A DNA stretch of 44,736 nucleotides, taken from positions 1 through 44,736 of the IMG/VR virus record IMGVR_UViG_3300037466_001855. One strand, written 5' to 3'. This document shows positions 1 to 9,080 of this stretch, one piece after another (the first letter of the stretch is position 1; each line of letters opens with the position of its first letter). The position numbers and the translations under genes are program-made. The stretch comes from a virus. The notes below the pieces were generated by a model. The model saw nothing but the letters and a program-made list of their open reading frames with translations. It was not told where the DNA came from and did not search any database.

Positions 1-127
1 GGGGGTGGGGTGGGGGACGAATTTGATTTAAAATATATCCATATACACATCCGCACATAATTTTTTGCTATTTTTTACGGCCTAATTCCAGACATTTAGG
101 GCTAGTGGCTATCTCAAATATATGCGT
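1..127. repeat. Terminal direct repeat copy 1, identical to 44610-44736
   Basis: Read directly: gggggtggggtgggggacgaatttg...ctcaaatatatgcgt occurs at both ends. Unique genome length is therefore 44609 bp. This could be assembler overlap of a circular or permuted genome, or a short physical terminal repeat. Confidence 0.95.
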
Positions 128-255
128 TTTAACGTATCTTATATATTGTGGCTAATCGTAGCTTTTGGGTTCCATTTTTCCGTTCACAGTTAACAATTTA
201 AGCAGATACACATAACTGTAATTTTTTCCCTTAGCGTACAATACGTTATCATTAT

Positions 256-267
256 TTTTCCGGTTTC
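256..267 (+). repeat. 12-bp exact direct repeat ttttccggtttc, copy 1 (copy 2 at 526-537)
   Basis: Exact 12-mer seen twice, 270 bp apart, inside the ORF-poor region upstream of terL. Confidence 0.8.
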
Positions 268-525
268 ACTGCTCTAGGTAGCACATAAGTGAGGACATAG
301 TCCTCTAGTCGACTGCTCACCTGTAAAAGACGATAAACCAGGTACGCGCCCAGGACGAAAGCTGGGACGGATCTATCATCCAGAGTTAGAGCGAGCCTCA
401 TAACCGGACTAGCGACCCAGAGGACGTGGACGCTTTGGATTAGATTTGATCGTGACGAGATAAGTAATCTTGGATAGTGCGCTAGGACTGGCTGGGAGTA
501 GCAACCCATCACATTCCAGGTCTTC

Positions 526-537
526 TTTTCCGGTTTC
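526..537 (+). repeat. 12-bp exact direct repeat ttttccggtttc, copy 2
   Basis: Same 12-mer as 256-267. Confidence 0.8.
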
Positions 538-699
538 TTTGACCAAAGCACATTGCAGGTTAGTCCTGCGTTAAGCCTGTGACTCAGGCAGTCCCTTCGG
601 TGGTTGGGATAGGCTATCAATCCAAGACGGCTACCTCTGAAGATTTCTAACTGTCTCCTTCTGTGCCTCAAAGCATGGTGGTTAGAGAAAGGGGTTGGT

Positions 700-828
700 G
701 TGTCTCGAAAACGAAAGATCGTCAAAGTCAGACGCAAAGGACGGACGGTGGACATCCCTTACCACGTCCATCAGTTCAATCAGCGCAAGAAGGCTGAGAG
801 AAAACTCCAAAAACAAGAAAAGAAGTGA
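700..828 (+). CDS. Possible 42-aa very basic micro-ORF (GTG start) just upstream of terL
   Basis: Hand translation gives (V/M)SRKRKIVKVRRKGRTVDIPYHVHQFNQRKKAERKLQKQEKK then TGA at 826-828. An SD-like gagaaagggg lies 5-6 nt upstream. There is no ATG in this frame after the in-frame TAG at 610-612. It is too short for the ORF track. Confidence 0.2.
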   Translation: MSRKRKIVKVRRKGRTVDIPYHVHQFNQRKKAERKLQKQEKK

Positions 829-840
829 CTTCTGTCAAAA

Positions 841-2352
841 GTGATTAATCTGAGCGACCTCTTCCCCGAAGCGGAAGACGGCAGTCGCTCACCCCTCCCA
901 AAACAAAAGCAAGCCCTCGATCTCTGCCTAACGCCAGGCGACGTTCCGCAGTATATCGCGTATTACGGCGGCTACGGATCGGGCAAATCTCTCATTCTTT
1001 GTATCATCAACATCATCTGGGGTGTCCTCCACGGCGGCGAATACGTTATCGCCCGTCAGTTCATGCCGGAACTTCGCAGAACTACATATCAGGTGTTTAA
1101 AGAAATCCTGCCAAAAGAGCTTCTCATTGAGGAACGCGTAGCAGACGCCCAGTTTCGCATCAAATCGCAGAACGGGGAGGCGAAGTTCCACTTCGTGGGT
1201 CTGGATGAGCCGGGAAAACTTGACTCCCTAAATCTCTCGGGCGTGTCTATTGACGAAGCATCTCAGACTTCAGAAGAAGCGATGCTGAAACTTCAAGGCC
1301 GTCTTCGTAATAAGAAGGGCCTCCGAAAGATGCTTCTTGTCGGAAACCCAAAAGGCCACGACTTCGTCTATAAATACTTTATTAAACAGGACTGCTTTAA
1401 AGACTTTGTCTGTCCTGTCCGAAAGCGCCTGGTAACTGCCGAAGAACAGAAGAGTTGGTACAAGATCATCATTGCACCTTCCACCGAAAATAAGCACTTG
1501 CCACCTAACTACGTGGCCGGGATGCTGTCGACCTATTCGAAAGAACGCATCGAGCGCGACATCATGGGCAGCTTTGACGCCTTCCAAGGTCAGGTCTATA
1601 CCGAGTTCAGGCGCGACACACATGTTGTGAAGCCCTTTAAGATCCCAGACGAGTGGCCGCGCTTCATTGGCCTTGACCAAGGCTTTACAAACCCAACCGC
1701 CGCAGTCTTTTGCGCTGTCGACTATGACGGAGCAATCTGGGTCTACAAAGAGTTCTACCACCGTGAGTGGATTATCCCCGAAATCGTCAACGGTCGCGAC
1801 GCCGAGGCTGGTTTAAAACAGCTTGTGGGCTCCGATAAGATCGAAGGCATCTGGATTGACCCGTCTACGAAGGCCAATCGCGGCAAAGACAGCGATTTTC
1901 AGACCTACCTTGACCATATCCCAAAGGATTGGTCCCTAATTCCCGCCAATAACGAAGTAAGTACGGGTATTGACCGGGTAAAGTCGTACCTCAAGCTCTC
2001 TGAGCGCCATAATAAACCCCGTTTATATATTTTTGACACCTGCACGAACCTGATCGACGAGCTCGTAAAGTACCGCTGGAAGGAATTAGCCCCCGGACAG
2101 GTCGCCACAGCCAATCAGAAGGAAGAACCCGTCAAAAAGGACGACCATGCCGCCGATGCCCTCAGATACGCGATTATGAGCCGTCCAGAGGCCCCGCGCA
2201 AAGAGGAGAGGGCTGCCCACCAGAGAAACGAATACGGCCTTTCTGGGGCATTACAGCGCGAATTACACGATCTCAAGACTGGCGGTAAAGCCGTCACTGA
2301 CCCTTGGGGTGATACGTACGGGCAGGATACCGGCGTAAATAACGAATATTGA
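841..2352 (+). CDS. terL: Terminase large subunit
   Basis: 503 aa with a GTG start. It has a Walker A-like YYGGYGSGKS, a Walker B-like VSIDEA, and C-terminal nuclease-type acidic motifs (IWIDPS, KKDDHAADALRYA). It is the first big gene of the virion operon and lies upstream of the portal. Confidence 0.85.
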   Translation: MINLSDLFPEAEDGSRSPLPKQKQALDLCLTPGDVPQYIAYYGGYGSGKSLILCIINIIWGVLHGGEYVIARQFMPELRRTTYQVFKEILPKELLIEERVADAQFRIKSQNGEAKFHFVGLDEPGKLDSLNLSGVSIDEASQTSEEAMLKLQGRLRNKKGLRKMLLVGNPKGHDFVYKYFIKQDCFKDFVCPVRKRLVTAEEQKSWYKIIIAPSTENKHLPPNYVAGMLSTYSKERIERDIMGSFDAFQGQVYTEFRRDTHVVKPFKIPDEWPRFIGLDQGFTNPTAAVFCAVDYDGAIWVYKEFYHREWIIPEIVNGRDAEAGLKQLVGSDKIEGIWIDPSTKANRGKDSDFQTYLDHIPKDWSLIPANNEVSTGIDRVKSYLKLSERHNKPRLYIFDTCTNLIDELVKYRWKELAPGQVATANQKEEPVKKDDHAADALRYAIMSRPEAPRKEERAAHQRNEYGLSGALQRELHDLKTGGKAVTDPWGDTYGQDTGVNNEY

Positions 2353-2546
2353 AAAAATTCGTCTATTAATACCGTACGTTAACTTAACTTTTCCTTTTTG
2401 ATGCCCCCAGGTCGCCCATTGGTAAGGGGTAACGCACCGATGACGCGTAAACACAAGTAGGGCGGGGCTGCCGATTGGCGCAGCCGAAGAAGCACCCCTC
2501 CCACCAACTCCCGCTAAGCGCCGGGTAAAGCGTAAAGGAAAAAATC

Positions 2547-2825
2547 ATGGCATTCGCAGCATCTAATCTTTCAGACGGTACTAGAGCACGCCCTCCAATT
2601 TCGATTGGACCAGTGAAACTTCAATTTATGAAGTACACGGTCGCATCGGGCGACACCTCAGGTACGATTACCGCCGACGGTCTTCACGAAGTTTCCGCAG
2701 TCATCATCGACGGCCTTCAACAATCCGCAGCAGCAACGTTTTCAGGCAACACCGCGACTATTTCGTTTCGCGATCCTAGCACCACGGGCGCCCTTGCTGG
2801 AACCATCATCGTCGTTGGCGTCTAA
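2547..2825 (+). CDS. Hypothetical small virion-module protein
   Basis: 92 aa with a Gly/Thr/Ala/Ser-rich beta-type composition. It is preceded by aaaggaaaaaatc. No motif recognised. Confidence 0.6.
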   Translation: MAFAASNLSDGTRARPPISIGPVKLQFMKYTVASGDTSGTITADGLHEVSAVIIDGLQQSAAATFSGNTATISFRDPSTTGALAGTIIVVGV

Positions 2826-3031
2826 TGGCTAACCCTTTCGACAAAGTCGCAAACGGATATTCGGCTGCTAAGGACTCGGCTTCTAAGAAGCCTAAAACCT
2901 GCCCTACGTGCGGACACACCGACGATGTTCCCGATCCAGACCAAAAGTCTGCTTCCGACTTTGTCAAAGGCATGAGCGAGCAGCCCGATTACATGGCGAA
3001 CATCAAGAAGGGCCTGGGGATTGGAAGTTAA
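2825..3031 (+). CDS. Hypothetical protein
   Basis: 68 aa. The start overlaps the previous stop (TAATG coupling). There is a single CPTCGH motif. Confidence 0.55.
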   Translation: MANPFDKVANGYSAAKDSASKKPKTCPTCGHTDDVPDPDQKSASDFVKGMSEQPDYMANIKKGLGIGS

Positions 3032-3309
3032 TGTTTATCCTGCGCAGCACTCACGAAAAGCTGATTCAAGCAGAAAGAGCACGCTGTGAAGCAGTTGTTG
3101 CGCAAATGCAGGAACAAATCGCGGATCTTCGCAAGTTGGTATTTGTGCCGACTCCGACGCAGATTGAAACGCTCCCTGTCCGCGTTGCTAACGCCATCCT
3201 CGATGGACAAGAAGTAATGCCTCAAGACGACGCGGCTAAAGAGGCTGAAATGCGCGAAGCGAACAGGATCTTATCCGGCGCGTACGATAACGTGGAAGAA
3301 AGCTGGTAA
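3031..3309 (+). CDS. Hypothetical coiled-coil protein (trimmed from track ORF 2908-3309)
   Basis: An ATG at 3031 overlaps the stop of 2825-3031 (TAATG). The product is 92 aa and contains the heptad-like QAERARCEAVVAQMQEQIADLRK. The 41 upstream codons of the track ORF overlap the previous gene out of frame. Confidence 0.55.
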   Translation: MFILRSTHEKLIQAERARCEAVVAQMQEQIADLRKLVFVPTPTQIETLPVRVANAILDGQEVMPQDDAAKEAEMREANRILSGAYDNVEESW

Positions 3310-5558
3310 TGAGTTTTAGCACTACCGACCAATCAGGAAAGATATCCTCAGCGGGTCAGTTCGACATCAGCGTTGTTTCCAACGATGATACCGACCAACT
3401 CGCCGAGATGATCGAGTCCTTCTATAAAAAGGACACGACTCAGAAGACACAACTTTCCTATAACTGGGAACGCAACAGCCTGATGATCGACGGCAAGCAG
3501 TGGCTTGTCTTCTCAAATAACGCCGCTTCCGGTGGTATGTGGACTCGTCTTGAGACGACGAAAAACAATGACTACATCCCGCGCCCAACGACGAACTACA
3601 TGTTCGACGTTTACCAGACGCTCAAAGCTTACGTTGGCAAGACCCAGCCTCGCTCCACCGTCTATCCAAACTCCGATACCCACGCTGATAAGGAAGCAGC
3701 AAAAATTGCAGACCTCTGCTTAGAAGCGAACTGGGCTCGCCTTAAAGAAGAAGAGAACTACGAGTACGCAGATGCGTGCTTGGTCATGTACGGCACTGTC
3801 TTTAAGAAGTCTTACTGGGACACCACCGAATGCGTGATGTCTAAAGTTCCTCGCATGATTCAGCAGCCTCAGTTTGATCCAAATTCAGGTGCTCTGATTG
3901 GCGTTGAGGAAGTTCCTGCTACCGATCCAGAGACAGGTGATCAGCTTTTTGACGAAATTCCTATCGGCGATGTAAACACGGAAGTTATAGAGCCCTTCCG
4001 TATCGCCCTCGATCCAAACGCGAACGACATTCATAAAATTCGCTGGATCATGGAGTACTCGGTTCAGCCTTTGTCTTGGATTAAAGAAGTCTACGGCAAA
4101 GACCCTGAAACGAGCCCAGGCTACACAGGCCTTGTTGACGAGGTCAAAGAAGAGACTGTGCTTCAGGGTGGCCTTAAGCGCATGCATCAGCTTAAGCAAT
4201 CGTCCGGTGTTAAGACCCAAGGCGTTGGTGCTTTTGTCAATTCCTCAGGCTCTGATGAGCATATCATTAACTCAGCCGTCGTTAAGGAATACTATGAACG
4301 CCCTTCACGAGACTACCCAAATGGTCGCATGGTTGTCGTCGCCAACGGGGTATGCCTCTATGCAGGAGATTCACCGTATAATGGCCCAGAGCTCGGCGAT
4401 TGGCACCCATACTCCGAGTGCCGATGGGAAATCGTCCCAGGAAGATTCTGGGGAAAATCCCCACTCGATGCAGCCGCTGAGATCCAAAAGCAAATCAACG
4501 CAATCGACTCCGTCATCGTCTTAAATCGTAAGACTATGGCCATCCCGCAAAAGCTGATCCCAATCAGCGCGGGTATTGCCCACGGCACATGGACAGGTCG
4601 TCCGGGCCAAGAAATTTTCTTCCGTGATGTCGGCGGCGGACAGCCTCCACAAGTCATTCAAGCGCATGGCGTTGATCCAACTGTTTTCCAAGAGCGTGCT
4701 CAGCGCGTGGAAGACATGAAGACGATTACAGGTGCTATCGACATTTTGAAAGGTGATCGTCCTGACGGCATCACCGCAGCATCTGCCCTTGAGATGCTCT
4801 ACGAAGTCGGTATGGGTAAACTCTTCCCGGTCCTCGGACGCCGTAAACGTTTCGTCACTAGCGACCAAAAGAAGCAGCTCAGAATTATCTCCAAGTATTA
4901 TAAAGAGCCACGCCCCGACTTCATTCGTCTTCTTCAACAGAAGAATAAAGAGCTCAGCTCCGAATCGATCAACAACTTTATTGGCACCGACCTTCTCGAT
5001 AACTGCAACGTCGTTGTTGAAGCAGGTGCTAACGTTACGAAGCTTCAGGCGGCTAAGAAGCAAGAACTCAGAGAAGCAGCTCAAAGTGGTGTCTTGAACC
5101 TTGCCGACCCACGTAATCGCGCAGAGTACATGCAGCAGATGGGTATTACGGGATTCGATAGCGATATTGGCCCGGATCAGAAGCGTGCAGAGCTTGAGAA
5201 TTCTCAACTCGATAACCTTCAGAATCAGCCGAATAAGAAGCCCATCGTTCTCCAATGGGATAACGACGAGATTCACATTCAAGTGCATGAGAAGCGCATG
5301 AAGGAAGCATCCTGGATGGAGCTCCCACCGCAGACGCAACAAGCTTACATGCAGCACTGGATGGAGCATCAACAAGCTGCTCAGCAAAAGCAGCTCCTTG
5401 CCAATATGCAGGCAGCCGCCTCAGGCCAACCTCCACAACCTGCGCAGCAGATGCCGCAGCCAATGCGTAAACAGCCTACAGGCCATGGCGCCCCACGCAA
5501 GGTTCAAGAAGCCCTTGCGACTGACACGATTCAAGGAGGAGGCCCAGGCGGTCTATGA
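3309..5558 (+). CDS. Portal protein
   Basis: 749 aa, downstream of terL in the canonical position and of typical portal size. The C-terminal tail is Gln/Pro-rich. The call rests on size and synteny only. Confidence 0.7.
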   Translation: MSFSTTDQSGKISSAGQFDISVVSNDDTDQLAEMIESFYKKDTTQKTQLSYNWERNSLMIDGKQWLVFSNNAASGGMWTRLETTKNNDYIPRPTTNYMFDVYQTLKAYVGKTQPRSTVYPNSDTHADKEAAKIADLCLEANWARLKEEENYEYADACLVMYGTVFKKSYWDTTECVMSKVPRMIQQPQFDPNSGALIGVEEVPATDPETGDQLFDEIPIGDVNTEVIEPFRIALDPNANDIHKIRWIMEYSVQPLSWIKEVYGKDPETSPGYTGLVDEVKEETVLQGGLKRMHQLKQSSGVKTQGVGAFVNSSGSDEHIINSAVVKEYYERPSRDYPNGRMVVVANGVCLYAGDSPYNGPELGDWHPYSECRWEIVPGRFWGKSPLDAAAEIQKQINAIDSVIVLNRKTMAIPQKLIPISAGIAHGTWTGRPGQEIFFRDVGGGQPPQVIQAHGVDPTVFQERAQRVEDMKTITGAIDILKGDRPDGITAASALEMLYEVGMGKLFPVLGRRKRFVTSDQKKQLRIISKYYKEPRPDFIRLLQQKNKELSSESINNFIGTDLLDNCNVVVEAGANVTKLQAAKKQELREAAQSGVLNLADPRNRAEYMQQMGITGFDSDIGPDQKRAELENSQLDNLQNQPNKKPIVLQWDNDEIHIQVHEKRMKEASWMELPPQTQQAYMQHWMEHQQAAQQKQLLANMQAAASGQPPQPAQQMPQPMRKQPTGHGAPRKVQEALATDTIQGGGPGGL

Positions 5559-6376
5559 AAAAGACTAAAGTATACCTTGGCATCCTCTCAACCGGAGATC
5601 GTACGGACGGACAAGTATACCGCTTGAACGAGCTCAAGGAACGCTACTTTGATGAAATCGAGATGGTGTTTCCCGATGATTGCGTTCATTACTTTGGACA
5701 TGACTACGCTCGAAACATGTATGTCGAGCGTTTTCTCGAAAGCGACTGCGACGTTCTTTGGTTTTTAGACTCGGACGTTGTTCCTCCCCAACACATTTTT
5801 GACCTGATCACGCTTCATGGCGATCAATGGCAAGCCGCAGGCGCACCGTATCCGCTGTGGCTCCCGGCTCAAGACGGCGACATGGCAGTGTCCTTGACCG
5901 CCTATAACGGAGTGTTCACGAATGACGACGGCTCTCCTAAGAGCCTTAAGATGGCGCCAGTTCCAAGCCAAGGCACCGAGTTTGTCGATGGTCTTGCTAC
6001 TGGCTGCCTCTTTATTAAACGCGAAGTATTTACGCAGCTTGAGAAGCCGTATTTTCAGTTTAAGCGTAACCCAGAGACGATGGCAGTCGTTGAAGGCGAG
6101 GACCTAGGCTTCGCCCTTAAGCTCTCTAAGCTCGGAATCAAGTTCTTTATCGATTACAGCATGGTGTGTCGCCACTTCAAGCGCGTGGATCTTTTAGAGG
6201 TCAATAACTACGCCATCAGCTTCGCCAATAACAAGCTCATGGAATATGACCGTACGATTCGCTCTCAAATTGAAGCTGCGTGCCGCGCTGCTTTTATGAA
6301 GGGCCGCGAAAGCGCCATGCAGCAGGTGAGGCCTCAGCCTCGTGTCACTGAATCAGGATTAATTTTACCCACGTAA
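5555..6376 (+). CDS. GT-A fold (family 2-like) glycosyltransferase
   Basis: 273 aa. ARNMYVERFLESDCDVLWFLDSDVV carries the GT2-style DxD context. A later VEGEDLGFALKL (ED motif) and ATGCLFIKREVF are also present. ATGA overlap with the portal stop. Confidence 0.55.
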   Translation: MKKTKVYLGILSTGDRTDGQVYRLNELKERYFDEIEMVFPDDCVHYFGHDYARNMYVERFLESDCDVLWFLDSDVVPPQHIFDLITLHGDQWQAAGAPYPLWLPAQDGDMAVSLTAYNGVFTNDDGSPKSLKMAPVPSQGTEFVDGLATGCLFIKREVFTQLEKPYFQFKRNPETMAVVEGEDLGFALKLSKLGIKFFIDYSMVCRHFKRVDLLEVNNYAISFANNKLMEYDRTIRSQIEAACRAAFMKGRESAMQQVRPQPRVTESGLILPT

Positions 6377-6505
6377 AAATACGACCTCGTGGCGTCGTGC
6401 CCAGACTGACGGAAGGTAGATCGTCGGTCTTCTAGGGATTAAATCGCACCTACCTCGGAATGCCAACCGACCCCTCGTCCGGGACAAAAGACGTACAGAG
6501 GCTAC

Positions 6506-7327
6506 ATGTTAGAAGTTGAAGGACAAGAATCAGTCGTAGAAACCAGCGAAAATCAGGAGTCGCAATCCTCAGCGGTCGATTCAAGTCAAGAATCATCGGA
6601 TCAGTCGGCGAAAGCTGCTGCTCCAAAACCCCAAGATGAAACTCCGTTTCACGAGCACCCCCGTTTTAAGGAACTCGTGGAGCAAAAGAACGCGGCGATT
6701 CAATCGACTCGCGCTCTTGAACTGAAATTAGCACAGCTCGAAGGCCGTCTTCAGTCTCAACCAACCTCTCAGGCGCAAGCCGAAAAGGATGAGTTGATCG
6801 AAGACTTAAAGAAGATCGACCCAAGGCTTGCGGCACGTCTTGAAGCATTTGGTTCTTCGTCTAAGACGATTGAACAGCTTCAAAAGAAGCTCGATGAGCT
6901 TGAGAACGGAACGAAACAGCGGGAAGAACAGACCCTCGCTCAGAATGCCATCTCAAGAGTGAATACGTTGCACGAGACAAACAAAGTTGCACCGGCTATT
7001 CGCGCAGCAATCGATGCTCAGCTTAACTCCATGTACTACCAAGGTAAGCTTGACATCCGCAATCAACAGGCCATCGAGAAAGCTTACAACGACGCAATGG
7101 AGCCATTCAAAGCGTACGCTGAGGAGCTAAAACGCGAGGCAACGAAAGGATACGTCCAAGCTAAAAAAGCGGACGCATCTATTCCGTCGTCTCAGCCTAA
7201 AGGCACCCCAGCCAAAGCAAAGGCTGCCCCTGCTCAACAGTTCAAGAGCAAAGAAGAGATGAAGCAAGCCATGGTTAAGGAGTTCGTCGCAAAACAGGCT
7301 GCGAAACGCGACGCGTCTCCAGTCTAA
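6506..7327 (+). CDS. Scaffolding protein
   Basis: 273 aa with an acidic Ser/Glu/Gln-rich N-terminus, a long coiled-coil-like middle and a Lys/Ala-rich C-terminus. It lies immediately upstream of the capsid gene. Confidence 0.6.
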   Translation: MLEVEGQESVVETSENQESQSSAVDSSQESSDQSAKAAAPKPQDETPFHEHPRFKELVEQKNAAIQSTRALELKLAQLEGRLQSQPTSQAQAEKDELIEDLKKIDPRLAARLEAFGSSSKTIEQLQKKLDELENGTKQREEQTLAQNAISRVNTLHETNKVAPAIRAAIDAQLNSMYYQGKLDIRNQQAIEKAYNDAMEPFKAYAEELKREATKGYVQAKKADASIPSSQPKGTPAKAKAAPAQQFKSKEEMKQAMVKEFVAKQAAKRDASPV

Positions 7328-7341
7328 GGCTTTAGGAAAAA

Positions 7342-8571
7342 ATGGCAGACACTAATCTTTCAAGTATCGCAGGCGGTTTAAAGAACGTCTACGACAGCTA
7401 TATTGAACGCGCTCAAAACTTGGCTCCCAAGACTGTTGAGCAATTTGCAAAGTCCCTTAAGAAGTACTCCCCAGGTGGTAACGGTTACTTCGGAGCAATT
7501 AATGACTCCGGTAACGAATCTGGTGGTGCGATTAACGAAGAAGAAGTCTTCCGCACTATCGATTCCGAATCGTATATCCAATGGAAAGTCATCCCAAAGG
7601 TCGTTGTGTGGCCGATCCAGTTCTCTGGACTCGTCGCTGCTGCGGCTCAAGGCGATGAAGAGTCGTTCGCTAACCTCGTTGTAGACGCACTTGATCGCGC
7701 TCGTGATCGTTTGCTCTCTGACGAAAATCGCCAATTCTTCGGATATGGCCAAGGCGTCATGGCTCAGCCTTCCGGCGCTGTGGCATCGAACCTGTTGTCC
7801 TTTACGGTCGCATCGGTTCAGTATCTCCGTAAGAATCAAGTGGTTGACCTCTATCAAACCGCTGGCGGAACGGCTATCACCACGGGCCTCCGTATTTCGT
7901 ACGTTGACCATGTGAACAGCGTTGTCGGTTTCAGCGTTTCTGTTGGAACGGCTTTGACCGCAGGTAACGTGATCTGTAAGCAGAACATGTACGTCAATGC
8001 TCCATCCGACGGTAAGGAAATGATGGGCCTTCGCGGCATCTGTGACGACGGTACGGATCTTGCGACCTTCCAAAACATCAGCGCAGCTTCTACCTACGAA
8101 TGGCGTGCTCGCCGTATCGCAGCAGGTGGCGCTAACTTGACGTCCGATCTTCTCCAGCGCTTGATCGACGATGTGGCAATCATGTCCCCAGAAGGCGATG
8201 AGCCAGACATGCTTCTTGCCCATACCGTCCAGAAGCGTAAGTACCTCGACCTTGTTGTTCCTCAAAAGCGTTTCGCTGACGGCAACTTGGACGCAGGTTA
8301 TTCGAAGATCTCGTTCAACGGCAAGGAATTCACCTTCGATAAGGATTGCCAAACCGACACGGTCTACGCCTTGAAAAAGGATAAGATCCGTAAGTTTGAG
8401 CTCGAAGCTATCGGCATGGGTAAGCACGAAGGATCGGATACGTTCCTCCGCGCGATTAACCAAGACGTGTTCCAGGCTTACTGGAGACACTATTGTAACT
8501 ACGGAACTTCTAGCCGTCTTTCCCACGGAAAGATCACCGGCCTGGCTGTTCCTGCTGGTATCGCTGGATAG
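7342..8571 (+). CDS. Major capsid protein
   Basis: 409 aa, directly after the scaffold gene. The absence of rare codons creates a long open antisense frame, consistent with high expression. The call rests on synteny and size. Confidence 0.7.
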   Translation: MADTNLSSIAGGLKNVYDSYIERAQNLAPKTVEQFAKSLKKYSPGGNGYFGAINDSGNESGGAINEEEVFRTIDSESYIQWKVIPKVVVWPIQFSGLVAAAAQGDEESFANLVVDALDRARDRLLSDENRQFFGYGQGVMAQPSGAVASNLLSFTVASVQYLRKNQVVDLYQTAGGTAITTGLRISYVDHVNSVVGFSVSVGTALTAGNVICKQNMYVNAPSDGKEMMGLRGICDDGTDLATFQNISAASTYEWRARRIAAGGANLTSDLLQRLIDDVAIMSPEGDEPDMLLAHTVQKRKYLDLVVPQKRFADGNLDAGYSKISFNGKEFTFDKDCQTDTVYALKKDKIRKFELEAIGMGKHEGSDTFLRAINQDVFQAYWRHYCNYGTSSRLSHGKITGLAVPAGIAG

Positions 8572-8582
8572 TGTATAAAAAG

Positions 8583-8617
8583 TTGACAATCGTACGTTAA
8601 TAGCGTACGCTAGTCAA
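8583..8617. promoter_or_regulatory. 35-bp near-palindrome TTGACAATCGTACGTTAATAGCGTACGCTAGTCAA (promoter/operator, readable on both strands)
   Basis: On the plus strand: TTGACA, 17 nt, TACGCT. On the minus strand: TTGACT, 17 nt, TACGAT. The core GTACGTTAATAGCGTAC (8592-8608) belongs to the GTAC-N9-GTAC family. Confidence 0.5.
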
Positions 8618-8649
8618 TAGATAAAGTTAGAGGTGTTACTGACCTTCGG

Positions 8650-8886
8650 GTGGGTGCAAGGCCCACCATCTCACAGAAAGCTTTTATGGCAAAATCTCCA
8701 ATCCAAATCGCCAACATCATGGCAGACGCTGCAAATAAGAAGTCTCAGCAGCCCGATGATGCCGACGAAATGCCTACGTCTAAGAAGAAGCCTAAGCAAG
8801 TAGCGGCAGCTAAAGAGCAAGAGAAGGCAAAGGGTAAGATGCCCCCAATTCCAGCTAAGAAGTCGATGCCTCCAAAAGGAATGTAA
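8650..8886 (+). CDS. Small Lys-rich protein
   Basis: The track ORF starts at GTG 8650, and an alternative ATG is at 8686. The tail is Lys/Pro/Ala-rich (KKKPKQVAAAKEQEKAKGK). Confidence 0.5.
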   Translation: MGARPTISQKAFMAKSPIQIANIMADAANKKSQQPDDADEMPTSKKKPKQVAAAKEQEKAKGKMPPIPAKKSMPPKGM

Positions 8887-9080
8887 TGAAAAGGGTTCTG
8901 ACCTTTCTCAACCTGCTCGATCATGACGGCAATCTTTCGATTACAAACGTCGCTGTGATCGTAGCCATCACCAAAATGGCTCTAGCAACTCAACTTGGCG
9001 GCGGTGACGTGGTAGCGCTTATCGGTGTTCTAGGAAACTACTGCCACAAGCGTTACGTCTCCGACGGTGCAGCAGAATGA
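8886..9080 (+). CDS. Small hydrophobic protein
   Basis: 64 aa with the hydrophobic stretch NVAVIVAITKMALATQLGGGDVVALIGVLG. TAATG coupling to the previous gene. Confidence 0.5.
   Translation: MKRVLTFLNLLDHDGNLSITNVAVIVAITKMALATQLGGGDVVALIGVLGNYCHKRYVSDGAAE

Noticed and set aside
1-127. Interpreting the 127-bp end duplication as a genuine physical direct terminal repeat
   Set aside because: An exact overlap of this short, assembler-k-mer-like length is more simply explained by a circular or circularly permuted assembly. Without read-end information it cannot be called a real DTR. It is kept as a repeat feature only.
252-755. 167-aa minus-strand ORF, the only long ORF in the region upstream of terL
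   Set aside because: Its composition is dominated by Arg, Leu and Ser, as in random or antisense frames. The SD-like aaggg abuts the ATG with no spacing. It runs against both flanking transcription directions and has no recognisable motif. I treat the region as non-coding.
4521-5387. 288-aa ORF antisense to the portal gene
   Set aside because: The explanation is the same codon-bias artefact. It has no SD and is fully embedded in a confidently called gene. The same applies to 1270-1761, 928-1191, 1905-2297 and 3885-4220.
7378-8589. 403-aa ORF fully antisense to the major capsid gene, starting next to the palindromic promoter element
   Set aside because: It starts at a TTG inside the -10-like element, has no SD and has a Ser/Val/Leu/Arg-rich composition. 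A long open antisense frame is expected when a highly expressed sense gene avoids TTA/CTA/TCA codons. The only reason to revisit it is the minus-strand promoter-like reading of 8583-8617.
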